Shown here one piece after another: positions 38,947 to 50,484 of a stretch of 64,000 nt of DNA. Every line of letters starts with the position of its first letter. Position 1 is the stretch's first letter. Position numbers and translations under genes: made by a program. The stretch is from an uncultured Spirochaetota bacterium (lineage in GTDB: Bacteria; Spirochaetota; Spirochaetia; SZUA-6; Fen-1364), in assembly GCA_963734545.1 (NCBI GenBank), contig CAVTHO010000007.1, positions 256,001-320,000 on the forward strand. Reading direction: 5' to 3'. The notes below the pieces were generated by a model. The model was not told the DNA's origin. It did not search any database and saw only the letters and a list, made by a program, of their open reading frames with translations.

Positions 38947-39471
38947 ATGACGGATCCAAAGTACCCGGTGGGAGAGTTCGCTTTCGACAGGAACATCACT
39001 CCTGAAAAGCGGATTGCGATGATCAACGAGCTTGCCGGATTTGCAGCCAGACTCCGGTCCCTTGTGCGCGGCCTCACGGACACGAACCTTGACACCCCCT
39101 ACCGCCAGGGGGGATGGACAGTGAGACAGCTCACGCATCACGTGGCCGATTCTTCCCTCAACTGGTACAGCAGACTGAAGATGGCGTTGACCGAGCAGAA
39201 CCCCGTCATCAAGCCGTTCGACCAGGACGCCTGGAGCCAGATGACGGACGCCAGGACCATGCCGCCCGAGGTCTCCGTGAACCTTCTGGAATCAGTGCAT
39301 GCCAGGATGGCGGCGGTCCTGCGTACGCTGAAGCCGGTGGATTTTTCCCGCACAATGATGCACCCGGAGCGGGGAGAGATATCCGTGGACTATACCCTGC
39401 AGACGCTGCACTGGCACACCCGGCATCACCTCAGCCATATCGAGAGATTGCGCACGGAAAACGGCTGGTAG
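38947..39471 (+). CDS. YfiT/BstA family (DinB superfamily) thiol S-transferase
   Basis: YPVGEF, LDTPYRQGGWTVRQLTHHVADS, WHTRHHL.HI. Confidence 0.92.
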   Translation: MTDPKYPVGEFAFDRNITPEKRIAMINELAGFAARLRSLVRGLTDTNLDTPYRQGGWTVRQLTHHVADSSLNWYSRLKMALTEQNPVIKPFDQDAWSQMTDARTMPPEVSVNLLESVHARMAAVLRTLKPVDFSRTMMHPERGEISVDYTLQTLHWHTRHHLSHIERLRTENGW

Positions 39472-39533
39472 AACGGAACACGCGCCCGGCCTGAGCGGGA
39501 GCGGCGGGCCCCGCGCCGTCCGAAAGGCGGAAA

Positions 39534-40682
39534 TCAGTCGATCGGTGTGTCCGCTGTCCGGCAGCGTTCGTCTATTCCGAGTCTCTCACATACCAGATCA
39601 GCGGTTTTCTCCGCCATGAGTCGGAAAATCGCGAGCTTTCCGCCCACGATGCTGACGATGCCCTCGACGCTGTCCGTGCGGGCATGGTCCAGGATAGTGA
39701 AGCCGCGGCTGCGCAGGCGCGTGTCGGTGTGATCGGCGCGGGCCTTGGGATCGTAGAGGGGACGAACTGCCGACCACGAATGCACTGCCCGGGCAGCACC
39801 GAGCGCGGGCACCAGCTCGCTGAGCCGGTCTCGGATGAGACTCGGTTCCCATTCCTCGACCCGGCGGTCACCGGGGTCCTGCGTCTCCACCTCGGTCGTA
39901 CCGGCAATGCTGACCATTCCGCGAGGCAGCATTGCGTCGGCGTCGTCGGGCGGTCTCATGCGCTGCACCGCGCTGTTGACCAGTCTGCCCTTGTATGCGA
40001 CCAGGGCGCCCCGGGTAAGGTCGAGGGAAAGCGGGATGTCTGCCATCGCGGCTACTTCGCCGGCCCAGGGGCCCGCGGCATTGACCAGGAATCGGGTCTG
40101 CACCTCCCATGCGGCCCCTGTCTGCAGATCGTTTACACGGACGCCCTCCACCCTGCCGTTGTGCCGGAGTATTCCCTCAATCCTGTGAAAGGGCAGGATC
40201 CTGGCCCCTTTCGAACGGGCCGCCATGGAGAGTGACGCGCACAGGGTCATGGAATGACAGACGGCGTCGGGGACCTCGAACGCGCCGAGCAGCTCCGGAT
40301 TGATGCCCGGCTCTTTCGCCTTCGCCTGGGCCGGGGTCAGCTCGCGTACGGAAATGTCGGCGGCCCGGCATCCTGCCATCCACCTTTCAACGAACGCGTG
40401 ATCGTCGCCCGGCAGAAGAACAAACATGCCTCCGGTGTCGTCAACGGAGCGGGCGAGTATTCTTCTGACGATCACGTTCTCCGCCATGCAGTCCCGCGCT
40501 GTCTCGAGATCGGACGTCGCGTAGCGCGCGCCGGAGTGAAGGAGCCCGTGGTAGCGGCCGCTTGTGCCGCTGGACAAGTCTCCCTTTTCCACCAGCATGA
40601 CGCGGAGCCCGCGAAGAGCCAGGTCCCAGGCGACACCTGATCCGGTGGCCCCTCCGCCAATCACCACGACATCAGCTTCCAT
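39534..40682 (-). CDS. FAD-dependent glycerol-3-phosphate dehydrogenase-like oxidoreductase (short GlpA-like form)
   Basis: VIGGGATG, GTSGRYHGLLHSGARY, NAAGPW, GGKL; ends before a BFD-like Fe-S domain. Confidence 0.85.
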   Translation of the reverse strand: MEADVVVIGGGATGSGVAWDLALRGLRVMLVEKGDLSSGTSGRYHGLLHSGARYATSDLETARDCMAENVIVRRILARSVDDTGGMFVLLPGDDHAFVERWMAGCRAADISVRELTPAQAKAKEPGINPELLGAFEVPDAVCHSMTLCASLSMAARSKGARILPFHRIEGILRHNGRVEGVRVNDLQTGAAWEVQTRFLVNAAGPWAGEVAAMADIPLSLDLTRGALVAYKGRLVNSAVQRMRPPDDADAMLPRGMVSIAGTTEVETQDPGDRRVEEWEPSLIRDRLSELVPALGAARAVHSWSAVRPLYDPKARADHTDTRLRSRGFTILDHARTDSVEGIVSIVGGKLAIFRLMAEKTADLVCERLGIDERCRTADTPID

Positions 40683-40800
40683 GGGTCACCGCGCGAGAAC
40701 AATGGCCGCGTCCAATCCTCATGTGCACAACAATACCCATGAAAACGCCCTCACTCAATACTCCACGACTTTTTTGCCACGCGAGGGGACATCCGTGCGA

Positions 40801-40829
40801 TTGACTCCCTCCGGTCGGCGGGTTAAGTT
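40801..40829 (+). promoter_or_regulatory. Sigma70 promoter of the M15 peptidase (leaderless)
   Basis: TTGACT-N17-TAAGTT-N6-GTG. Confidence 0.55.
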
Positions 40830-40835
40830 TTCGCC

Positions 40836-41765
40836 GTGCTCAGAACGACTCTGCTCGCCGCTTTGCTGCTCCTTCTGGCGCTCGGCAGCCCGTTGTCGAG
40901 GAGGCTCGTGGACGCGGCACCGCGGCCCGCGGCGGCCGAGTCATGGCCGGGAGAGCAGGAAGTGCAATCGCTCGCGGCCGCGTGGCCTGATCGGATCGTG
41001 GAGACTGCGCAGAGGGGCTCGGACTGGATGCTGCGCATAGGGGACGACTGGTTCGCCTGGGCGCACGGAAGGCTTCTGCCGGAGGAAGAGCAGGGGCGCT
41101 GGCAGGAGTTCGCTGCTTTGCCCTTCTATCGCTATCCGCTCGAAATGCCGCCGCTGCCGGAGCTCGATCAGCAGGCCGCCTCCCGGGTCCGGCAAAGGGT
41201 GCGTGACAACCAGGAAAACCCTCCCCGGAGGAACGAGGCGTTTCTCGCCGCGCTTCTCAAGGCCCCCAACAGGGCCGAAACCGAGGCGCGGCTCGTCAGG
41301 ATGGAGGTGGCGGGATTCACCGTGACGGTGCACGAGCGAATCAAGGAGCCACTCAGCCTCGTCGACAAGGAGCTTCGCTCGCTCCGTCTCACCGATCCAG
41401 TGATCGAATCCTTCCTCAGAAGAATCCAGGAGATCAACGGCTACAGCTATCGGTATGTGGAGGGTACCCGCTCGCGCAGCCTGCACAGCTACGGCCTTGC
41501 CGTTGATCTCATCCCGAAGACCTACGGGGGAAAGAAAGCGTACTGGATGTGGGCAATGACGGGCACCCCTGACTTCTGGACGATCCCTTATGCGAGGCGC
41601 TGGATGGTTCCTCTGCCGGTGGTGGAGGCATTCGAGCGCCAGGGTTTCGTCTGGGGCGGGAAATGGCTCTTTTTCGACACGATGCACTTCGAATATCGGC
41701 CGGAGATCCTGCTGCTTTCCCGTCAAAAGGCCGAAACTCCTACGGTTGCGGTGCCTCAATCCTGA
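40836..41765 (+). CDS. Secreted M15 family metallopeptidase
   Basis: Signal peptide; SLHSYGLAVD, GFVWGGKW..DTMHFEY. Confidence 0.9.
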   Translation: MLRTTLLAALLLLLALGSPLSRRLVDAAPRPAAAESWPGEQEVQSLAAAWPDRIVETAQRGSDWMLRIGDDWFAWAHGRLLPEEEQGRWQEFAALPFYRYPLEMPPLPELDQQAASRVRQRVRDNQENPPRRNEAFLAALLKAPNRAETEARLVRMEVAGFTVTVHERIKEPLSLVDKELRSLRLTDPVIESFLRRIQEINGYSYRYVEGTRSRSLHSYGLAVDLIPKTYGGKKAYWMWAMTGTPDFWTIPYARRWMVPLPVVEAFERQGFVWGGKWLFFDTMHFEYRPEILLLSRQKAETPTVAVPQS

Positions 41766-44311
41766 CGGGCGCCGGTGCGGCGTCCCAGATCTCACGGGCG
41801 TACTCACGAATCGTGCGGTCGCTGGAAAACCTGCCCATGTGCGCCACGTTGAGTATCGACATGCGCGTCCACGCCTCCCCGTCCCCGTAGGAGGCGCCCA
41901 CGCGCTGCTGGCACTCCGCATAGGCATCGAAGTCGGCGAGAAGCATGTACGGATCTCCCTGGTCCAGGAGACCATGCGCAAGAGGGGAGAATGTACCGGG
42001 CTGGCCAGGGCACAGCTCGTTGCCGGCAATCAGGTCGAGGACTTCCCTGAGTCGTGCATTTGATCGGTAGATTTCACGAGGGTCGTACCCGTTTCTCTTT
42101 TTCTCCGCTACCTGCGAGGCGGTGAGCCCGAACAGGAAAAAGTTTTCCGGGCCGACCTCTTCACGGATTTCGACATTCGCCCCATCCAGCGTGCCGATGG
42201 TCAGCGCGCCGTTCAGGGAGAACTTCATGTTGCCCGTGCCGGAAGCCTCGGTGCCCGCCAGGGAGATCTGCTCGGACAGATCGGCGGCCGGAATGATTTT
42301 CTCCGCAAGGCTCACCCCGTAGTTGGGCACGAACACCACTCTCAAGAGATCCGAGACGCCGGCATCGGCATTGACCTTCTCCGCCACGGCGTGAATCAGC
42401 CTGATGATGAGCTTGGCAACCGCATAGCCGGGCGCTGCTTTTCCCGCGAAAATGACCGTGCGGGGGACAAAGAGCTTCTCCGCGCCGGTCTTGAGGCCGA
42501 GGTATGCGTACAGGACGTGCAGCACGTTGAGAAGCTGGCGCTTGTACTCGTGGATGCGCTTCACCTGGCAGTCGAAGAGCGACTCAGTGTCGACCGTCAC
42601 ACCGGTGAGGCTGTGCATGGTTTTCGCCAGCGCCTTCTTGTTGTCCTGCTTGACTGCCTGCCACGCGCGTCGAAACTCCGCGCTCTCCGCCAGGGGAACG
42701 AGCCGGCCGAGCTGGTCGAGGTCAGTGACCCAGCCATCGCCGATTCGGTCCGTGATCAGCCCCGCAAGCCCCGGATTGCAGAGTTTCAGCCAGCGCCGCG
42801 GAGTGATCCCGTTTGTCTTGTTGTTGAACCGCTCGGGCCACAACGCGAAGAAGTCGCTGAAAAGCTGGTCTTTGAGGATCTGGGTGTGCAGACCCGAAAC
42901 GCCGTTCACCGAGTGACTGCCCACGATCGCCAGATGTGACATGCGCAGTTTCTTCTCCCCGTCCTCCTCGAACAGCGACATGCGCCGGAGACGTTCCGTG
43001 TCTCCCGGCCACCGAAGCGACACCCGCGCGAGGAACCTGCGGTTGATCTCATAGGCGATCTGCAGGTGCCGGGGCAGAACCCTGCCAAAGAGGCTGACGG
43101 GCCACTGCTCCAGCGCTTCCGGCAGGATCGTATGATTGGTGTAGCCGAAAGTCTTCACCGTCGTCTGCCAGGCTGCGTCCCAGTCCAGGCCCTCCTTGTC
43201 CACCAGGAGGCGCATCAGCTCGAGGATCGCCACGGCGGGGTGCGTGTCATTGAGCTGAACCGCGACCTGGTCGTGAAAATCTTCAAATCCGGGGGAGCCG
43301 CCCTTCTTGTAGCGGCGCATGATGTCGTGCAGCGTTGCGGCAACGAAGAAATACTCCTGCTTGAGGCGCAGCTCGCGTCCTTCGAACACATTGTCGTTGG
43401 GGTAAAGGACTTTGGAAATCGTCTCGGAGCGATCCTTTTCCGACACCGCGCGCTCGTAATCCCCGTGATTGAAATAGTCGAGGTCGAATTCGCGGTCGCT
43501 CTTTGCCGCCCAGAGGCGCATGTTGTTGACCGTGTTGTTCCGATAGCCGGGAACCGGCGTATCGTAGGCCATCGCCATGACTGTCTGCGTGTCTTCCCAA
43601 TCGAATACGAGCCGCCCGTTCCCGTCTTCTGTCTGTGTGACATGGCCGTAGAAATGCACCGGGTACAGGTGCTCGGGCCGCTCCACTTCCCACGGATTTC
43701 TGTGACGCAGCCAGTTGTCCGGCGTCTCCACCTGCGCTCCCTCGCGGATTCTCTGGAAGAAAATCCCGTACTCGTAGCGGATGCCGTATCCATACGCCGG
43801 GCAGAGCGAGGGTGGCCATCGAATCCAGAAAGCAGGCGGCAAGACGCCCAAGTCCGCCGTTGCCCAGGCCGGCGTCGTGCTCACGCTGTTCAAGGTCTTC
43901 AAGCTTATAGCCGAGATCCTTCATCGCGCGCTCCAGGTTCTGTTCGAGCCCCAGGTTGATCACGGCATTGCCCAGCGTGCGTCCAATGAGAAACTCCAGG
44001 GACAGGTAGTACACGCGCTTGGACTTGCGCGCGTAGTAGCTCTGCTGGGTCGCGATCCAGCGCTCGATCAGCCTGTCGCGGACCGTGAGGGCCAGGGAAT
44101 TGAAGAGGTCGCGCGGCGTTGCGCTGTACTCGTCCTTGGCCAGCGCGAACTCGAGATTGTGGACGATTGATTCTTTCAGTGAAGAGACGTCCATCCCGAG
44201 AAACGCATTCGTGGAAGGGCTGAGGGTCGCTCCCCGCAGTCCCGGCGCCTGCTTTTTTTTTGCGCCCGCAGGTGAGCTCTTCCGTGTGACGGATTTTCTT
44301 GAGACGGCCAT
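41740..44311 (-). CDS. glgP: Glycogen/starch phosphorylase (frameshift ~43800)
   Basis: GLGNGGLGRLAACFLDS, QLNDTHP, KRIHEYKRQ, EASGTGNMKF. Confidence 0.96.
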
Positions 44312-44317
44312 ACGACC

Positions 44318-44347
44318 ATAGTAGCGCATACCGCGGCGAGGTGGCAA
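44318..44347 (-). promoter_or_regulatory. Sigma70 promoter of glgP (leaderless)
   Basis: Minus strand TTGCCA-N18-TACTAT-N6-ATG. Confidence 0.6.
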
Positions 44348-44389
44348 CGAAAATGATGCGCGGAAGACGGCCGCGACGCGCGGCGCCGT

Positions 44390-46018
44390 CTACTCGGCTT
44401 CGCCGATCGAGGCAAGAAGCCTCTCCGCGCCGTCCTGGAAGGCGAGCGCGGCCGATCGGTAATCGAACCCGACGATGACGCTCAGCCCGCTGTAGAGGGT
44501 CTCGTGCAGGAACGCGGCAAGGAGCTTGAGGTATGCGCGCGAATCGAGCCGGGAGGCGCCGTCCTTCAGCAGCAGGACGTCGAGCTCGAAAGTCTTTGCC
44601 ACGGCGGATATCTGCCGGCTGACGATGAGGTGCAGCGTGCGCATTGTCTTCAGGTACTGCGCGCGGTAGTCGGGATCCCGTTCCACGAGGATCTGGATCT
44701 GGCGGAACCGGTCCCGTACCTTGCGGCCTCGGGAGTTGATCCTGCGCGGGATCAGCTGCTTCAGCACGCCGACAAGCGTCCGGGACTGGAAAAGCTTGTG
44801 CAGGGAGAAATAGAAAAGGAGCAGGACGCCCTGGTTGCGGACCATGGCGCTGTGACGCGCCGCTTTGCCGAGAGTCATCAGGAACCGGGCGATCTCGCGG
44901 TCCATCTGCTTGTCGTGGCCCGCCTGCGGGCGGCTCGCGAAGGCCCCCCGGGCTTCCTCCATCCTGCGAATCTGCTCGGCCAGCAGATCCTGCACGCGCA
45001 GGATCTCCCCGCGCATTGCGCTCGCCTTGACACGGCGCAGGAAGCCGTCCAGGGCGCTGCGCTCTTCAGGCGTGAACATCTGCGATGCCGGCGGCGAGCC
45101 TTCGGGAAGAACGCTCTGCAGCACCGAGTTCAAGTATTCGCCCAGGCGCGCCAGATACTCATCCGTTTCCTCGATCTGTGTGTTCCGATGGATGTACGTC
45201 GTCACGATATCCTGCATGCGGGGCGGGATGCCCAGCCTCCGGGATGCCTGGAAAAGAAGCCGGCCATGCGCGTAGTCGAGGCTGTCCCGCATGCACTTCA
45301 GCACGTGGACCACGGGATTGGGCTCACCCTGCAGCAGGTCAAGCGCAGGGTCCTCCGGCACGAACGCAAAATCGCGCAGGAACGGTATTTCCGCCGGCGT
45401 CAGTCGTTCCGATTCCGAAACAAAGCGATTGTAGTTGCCCGCCACGTCGCGGGGATTGAAGCCCTGCTGCGGCCGAACGGAATAGCGGTTGTGCCAGAAC
45501 CGGATCGGCGTGCCGGGGAACAGCCGCTGTACCTCTTTCGCATACGCGCCGGCGGAAGCGTGGGCGGTCGGCTCCGGATTGGTCACCAGGATGATACGCT
45601 TCATGTAGGGCAGGTACACGAGGTTGTCCTCGTAGTGCATGCCCGCCGGCATATCGAAGAGCAGCACATTGAATCGGCTGTCGATCTCGGCCAGATACGG
45701 GCCGTAGATCTTTTCCATTACCCCGCTCACTTCGGCGCGGCCGAGCTTCTGGTAGGGAAACAGGACGGCCAGGCCGCGGAACACCGGCAGCAGGAACGCC
45801 TGCAGGCCATCCGCGGGACTCATCCGACCGGCGGTTTCGCCGGTCACGGCCTGCTCGGGCGCCTGGAGATCCAGCAGGGAGGCCACGTCGGACAGCGGGT
45901 CGATGTCAACCAGCCCGACGTTCAGGCCTTTTCTTGCGTAATAGATGGCCAGGTTGCAGGCGGTGATTGTTTTGCCCACTCCGCCTTTTCCGGAAGTCAC
46001 GGCGATGGACTTGTCCAT
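44390..46018 (-). CDS. MinD/ParA/FlhG-type P-loop ATPase with long C-terminal helical extension
   Basis: SIAVTSGKGGVGKT, VDID, FDMPAG, VTNPEP, FVPEDP. Confidence 0.85.
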   Translation of the reverse strand: MDKSIAVTSGKGGVGKTITACNLAIYYARKGLNVGLVDIDPLSDVASLLDLQAPEQAVTGETAGRMSPADGLQAFLLPVFRGLAVLFPYQKLGRAEVSGVMEKIYGPYLAEIDSRFNVLLFDMPAGMHYEDNLVYLPYMKRIILVTNPEPTAHASAGAYAKEVQRLFPGTPIRFWHNRYSVRPQQGFNPRDVAGNYNRFVSESERLTPAEIPFLRDFAFVPEDPALDLLQGEPNPVVHVLKCMRDSLDYAHGRLLFQASRRLGIPPRMQDIVTTYIHRNTQIEETDEYLARLGEYLNSVLQSVLPEGSPPASQMFTPEERSALDGFLRRVKASAMRGEILRVQDLLAEQIRRMEEARGAFASRPQAGHDKQMDREIARFLMTLGKAARHSAMVRNQGVLLLFYFSLHKLFQSRTLVGVLKQLIPRRINSRGRKVRDRFRQIQILVERDPDYRAQYLKTMRTLHLIVSRQISAVAKTFELDVLLLKDGASRLDSRAYLKLLAAFLHETLYSGLSVIVGFDYRSAALAFQDGAERLLASIGEAE

Positions 46019-46260
46019 GACGCGCCGCAGTGTCGATTGATCCGGATGCGCGGAAATCGGATGCGCCGCCCCGGGGGAGCGCCGGCCTCGACTTCTTTCT
46101 GTCCGACTGATCCGTCCGCCATGCGCCTCTTCCATTCGCTCCCGGTAGCGTTCAGCTCGCGCATATCATAGCCCGGGCGGAAGGGTTCGAGTCAATGCGT
46201 CCGCGGCTCTCCCGAGGCGATTCCACCCGGCAGCCGCCAAATCGGCCCGTCGCAATTCGC

Positions 46261-46291
46261 TTGACCCCGAACATAAGATCGCGTATAGAAT
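46261..46291 (+). promoter_or_regulatory. Sigma70 promoter of the partner-switching operon
   Basis: TTGACC-N17-TATAGA (TAGAAT overlapping); GGGAGG SD downstream. Confidence 0.55.
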
Positions 46292-46325
46292 AGAGAAAAT
46301 ATAGCGAATGGTTAGGGAGGAAGCG

Positions 46326-47591
46326 ATGTCCACTCGGGGAATCTCGATCAAGTCACGGATCATCGTTGCCCTCGTGCTGCTGCCCCTGGTCTCACTTCTT
46401 CTCGTGGGCCTCATCGCCCTGCTGCAGAACCAGAACTCTCTGGCCTCCCAGGCCGAGCAGAATCTCAGCAGGATCGTGGCTGAGAAGACGCTGGGCTACG
46501 ACAACATCTTCCGCCGCATCCAGCAGGAGGTCGAAGCTGTCGGCCGCATATGCGGCGATGATGTATGCAATCCCGGCGCCCCGCGAAGATGTCGGATACC
46601 GCCTCCTCATGCCCTGGACGGGGAATGGCTACGGGACCAACGAGCAGAGGCGTGAACTGCGGGATGAGATCCTGCGCATGCAGAGAATCGGGCAGGTGCT
46701 GGAGCCCGTGGTCGCGAAGAACCCCTATCTCACGCTGGGCTACTACGCATCGGAAACGGCGATGACCGTGTTCGACCAGCAGAAGGTTGTCGACGTCATC
46801 GAAGCGATCAAGGCGTTCGATCCCCGCCAGCGGCCGTGGTACCTGCAGGCCCGGCCAGGGATCGGTTCCCATCTGGACCGACCTGTACGTGGATGCCAAC
46901 ACGAAGAAGCTCACCGTGACCTCGGCTGCCCCTGTCCGCGACCCCAGTGGTCGCCTTTTCGGCGTCGCCGGGCCTGGACGTGCTCCTGCAGACCCTGCAA
47001 AATGACATCCTCAGCATCCAGATCGGCTACGAGAACGAGCCGTTCATGATCAACAGGGACGGACACGTCATCGTCCGCGCGGAACATGGACCAGGAAAAC
47101 ACCCAGTGGGACAAGACCTATAGAGACCGACAATCTCATGGAGGCGACGAATGCCGGGTTCCGGAGCATCGTGACCGACATGGTGGCAGGCAAGGCAGGC
47201 ATCAGGACCTTCGCGGGAGACAACAGGCAGCAGAACTACGTCGCGTTTGCGCCCATCGCCACGGTCAAGGCGAGCCTCGGGAATCATCGTGCCGCGAAGC
47301 GAAATCGTGCGGCCCGTCCGGGAGAGCGGGAAGCTCGTGCTCCTGGTGATGGCGGTATTCGTGCTCTTTTCCATCGGCATCGGCGTCTGGCTCGGAAATC
47401 AGGTCAGCCGCCCCATCCAGGATCTGACGGTGCTTGTCGACAAGGCGAGCAAGGGCCTTCTGGAGGTGGAGGAGATCCCGATCCGCCGCCGGGATGAGGT
47501 GGGAGTTCTGGCGGTGGCGTTCAATCGCATGCTTTCCAACCTCGCCACGGTCCTCAAGGAGCTCGAGCAGAGGGAAAAGAAAAACAAATGA
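46326..47591 (+). CDS. Membrane sensor TM-dCache-TM-HAMP with no output domain (several apparent frameshifts)
   Basis: FDPRQRPWY..WTDLYVDA Cache motif; second TM; RPIQDL..RRDEVGVLAVAFNRM HAMP, then stop. Confidence 0.8.
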
Positions 47592-49509
47592 ACATCGGCC
47601 TCTTCCTGCCGAAGCTCGTCCCTGCGCTCTTCTGCATCGTGATGCTCGCGGCCGTCCGCCGCATCAGGCCCGTCGCCCGGCCTGCGCTTCGTGGCCGTCA
47701 TCGTGGCGCTCATGCTGGCGAGGGACATCCTGCACGCCTTCACCGGCCTCATTTCCTATTTTCCGCTGGCCGACCTGGCCATCATTACCCTCTACGTGTT
47801 CTGGCTGCGCGCGTACACGGGCCGCTCACGATTCGATTTCGTCTACCTGGCGCTGAACGCGCTGGTCTGCGCGGCGGGAGCGGTCAACATTTTCATTCCC
47901 TTCCTTCGCCCAGGGGGAGTTTTTCCTCGGCATCTGGCTCCTGGTCAACGTCGCCTACTTCGCGGTGTTGACCGGGCTCGTCTCGGCAATGGACACGGAG
48001 AAGGCTGACAATCATCCTGCGCAGCAGGGCAGTCGTCTCCGCCGCTCTTTTCATCGCCTCGATCGTGACCCTGCTGTACGGCTACGACCATCCACTCGTG
48101 CAGAGCCTGCTGCTCCCCGCTTCCTACCTCGTTCCCGGATGGCTTCTGCTGAGCTACAACGCCCTCCTGCACGCGCGAGGGAGCGCAGTCGATACAGTTC
48201 TACTCGTCCAATCTCGACGCGACCTACGGCTTCATGGAGAACCTGGGCAACGCCATCACGGCCAAGATCGATCTCGTCCCGCGTCCTGGAGATGATCATC
48301 ACCGCCGCCGTGAAGAACATCGGGGCGGACGCGGGGGCCATCCTCATGGTGGACGAGTACGAGGACATCCTGCGCGTGAGGGCCACCTACGGGATCTACC
48401 CGCCGCTGGGCCCCGTCCCGGAGCTCGTGCGGGTGACCCCCGCGAGCCTGAAGCGGTACTTCGCGGAGACGCCCATCCCGATCGGAGAGACGGTACTGGG
48501 AGAAACGGTGCGGAGCGGCAGGCCGAACCTGATACGCGATACCCGCCAGGACGAAAGGATGCGTCACAACACGGCGGACGACATCCTGTTCGTCAGCTCT
48601 CTTGCCGCCATACCGCTCGTGGTGCGGAACCGCGTCCCTCGGGGTCCTGTCCGTGCTCAAGCGGGCGGAGAACCAGTTCTTCGATGAGCGGGACTTCCAG
48701 CACCTGACGACGCTGGCCGAGTATGCCTCCATCACGATCGACAATCTCTACACCTACACGGAGGTGCTGGAGAAGAGGGAGTTCGATCGCGAGCTGGACA
48801 TCGCGGCCCAGATCCAGCGCAAGCTGCTGCCGGACCGCCTTCCCGAGCTGGAAACCGCCGAGATTGCCGTCTACAACATGCCGGCCAAGGGCGTCAGCGG
48901 CGACTATTACGACGTGTTCCGCCTGGAGCGATGACACCTCGGGGATCGCCATCTGCGACGTGGCGGGCAAGGGAATTCCCGCCGCACTGGTGATGGTGAT
49001 GATCCGCTCGATCCTCCACCTCATCGTCTCCACACAGCGGGACGCGGCAACCACGCTGAACTGGATCAACCGCGGCATCACCGGCAGGATCGAGCTCGAC
49101 CACTACGCGACCATCGCTTTCCTCATCTATGACCAGAAGAAGCGGGAGATCCTGTACTCCAACGCCGCGCATCTCCCTCTGCTGGTCCATCGACGCGGCA
49201 CGCGGGACCACCTTCAAGCTGGACACGGAAGGGCTGCCGATCGGGATCGAAAAGGACACGCGCTACGAGCAGAAGCGTTTCTCCGTGGAACAGGGCGACG
49301 TGATCATCCTGTGCACGGACGGCATTCTCGAGGCAATGAACCCTGCCGGGCAGCAGTACGGGCTCGGCGGGCTGAAGCGCATGGTGGAGAAGAACGCGGC
49401 GCTTCCCGCCGCGGAGCTGGTGGAGGCGATCCGCGAGGACCTGGTGCATTTCGTCGGAACGGCGCGGCAGCAGGATGACCAGACGCTGCTGCTCTTGAAA
49501 GCCCGATAG
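47588..49509 (+). CDS. Multi-TM GAF + SpoIIE (PP2C/RsbU) phosphatase (several apparent frameshifts)
   Basis: Hydrophobic N-terminus; GAF region; ELDIAAQIQ..LLP, VSGDYYD, DVAGKG..AAL, TDGILEA, DDQT. Confidence 0.9.
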
Positions 49510-49524
49510 GAGACTGCTGCGACA

Positions 49525-49887
49525 GTGAGTGTAGAAATGGAAATAAAGCTCAGACGCGCGGGAACGATTTATGTGATCGACATCACCGGCGAGATGGACC
49601 TCTACAATGCCTTCAAGCTGAAGGATATTGTCATGAAGATGATCGGACGCCAGATCAAAGAGTACGTGATCAACCTCGAGAACGTGGAGTATCTGGACTC
49701 CAGCGGCATCGGCGCGCTCCTTTCGGTCCACGCCGAGCTCAAGAAACGCGGCATGCCGCTCGTCATCGCGAACGTCAAGGGGTCCGTCAAACGGGTGATC
49801 GAGCTGACCAAGCTCAACGGCTACCTGCCCATTGCCGCGGATGTGAACGAGGCGGTGATCCGCATCCGCGATATGACGCCGCATTAG
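49525..49887 (+). CDS. STAS anti-sigma factor antagonist (RsbV/SpoIIAA-like)
   Basis: GEMDLYNA, VEYLDSSGIGAL with the conserved phospho-acceptor Ser. Confidence 0.93.
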   Translation: MSVEMEIKLRRAGTIYVIDITGEMDLYNAFKLKDIVMKMIGRQIKEYVINLENVEYLDSSGIGALLSVHAELKKRGMPLVIANVKGSVKRVIELTKLNGYLPIAADVNEAVIRIRDMTPH

Positions 49888-49904
49888 CACCAGGAGAGAC
49901 ACGC

Positions 49905-50457
49905 ATGGATCAAGTGAAACAGATTCAGCTGGACGGAAAAAGCCCCCTCTTCAACAAGCACGGAATGTTCCACAAGACCTTTGCCAGCGACTTTCGCCAG
50001 ATCAGGTACTATACGCTCCTGATCGTGCAGAAGGCCCCGCTGGAGTTCAAGGAGATCAATCTCCTGGAGCAGCAGATCAGCGAGCTCATCAAGAACGCGG
50101 TGAAGCACGGCAACAAGAGCGACGCGCGCAAGAACGTCGACGTGTGGTTCCGATTCAGCGACGACAGCGCGCGCCTGATCGTGCAGGACGAAGGGGCAGG
50201 GATTCAAACGCATGGAGGAATGGAACGAGTTCAACCGCCATAGGACGGCGTGTTTTCAGACGCAGGATTTCGAGCGCATGGCCGAATTCGTCTCATTCAT
50301 CACGCCGGACAGCGACGAGCACGACAGCGGCAATGCCCTGTTCGCCGCGCTGGAATACTGGGACGGCGGAGTCGTGCTCAACGCGAGCCGCAATTGCATC
50401 GCGGTCGCCAAGAGCTTCCCCAAGCGCCGTCACGGGATTGCACTCAAGGAAGGGTAA
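49905..50457 (+). CDS. RsbW-like ATP-binding protein (frameshift ~50207)
   Basis: ISELIKNAVKHGN N-box, VQDEGAG G1 box, degenerate G2 box SGNAL. Confidence 0.85.
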
Positions 50458-50484
50458 GCGGCCGCGCGGCCGCGGCAGACGCCG

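Noticed and set aside
35188-41000. Integrative element at tRNA-Pro
   Set aside because: No integrase or transposase, and no duplicated tRNA 3' end was found in the window
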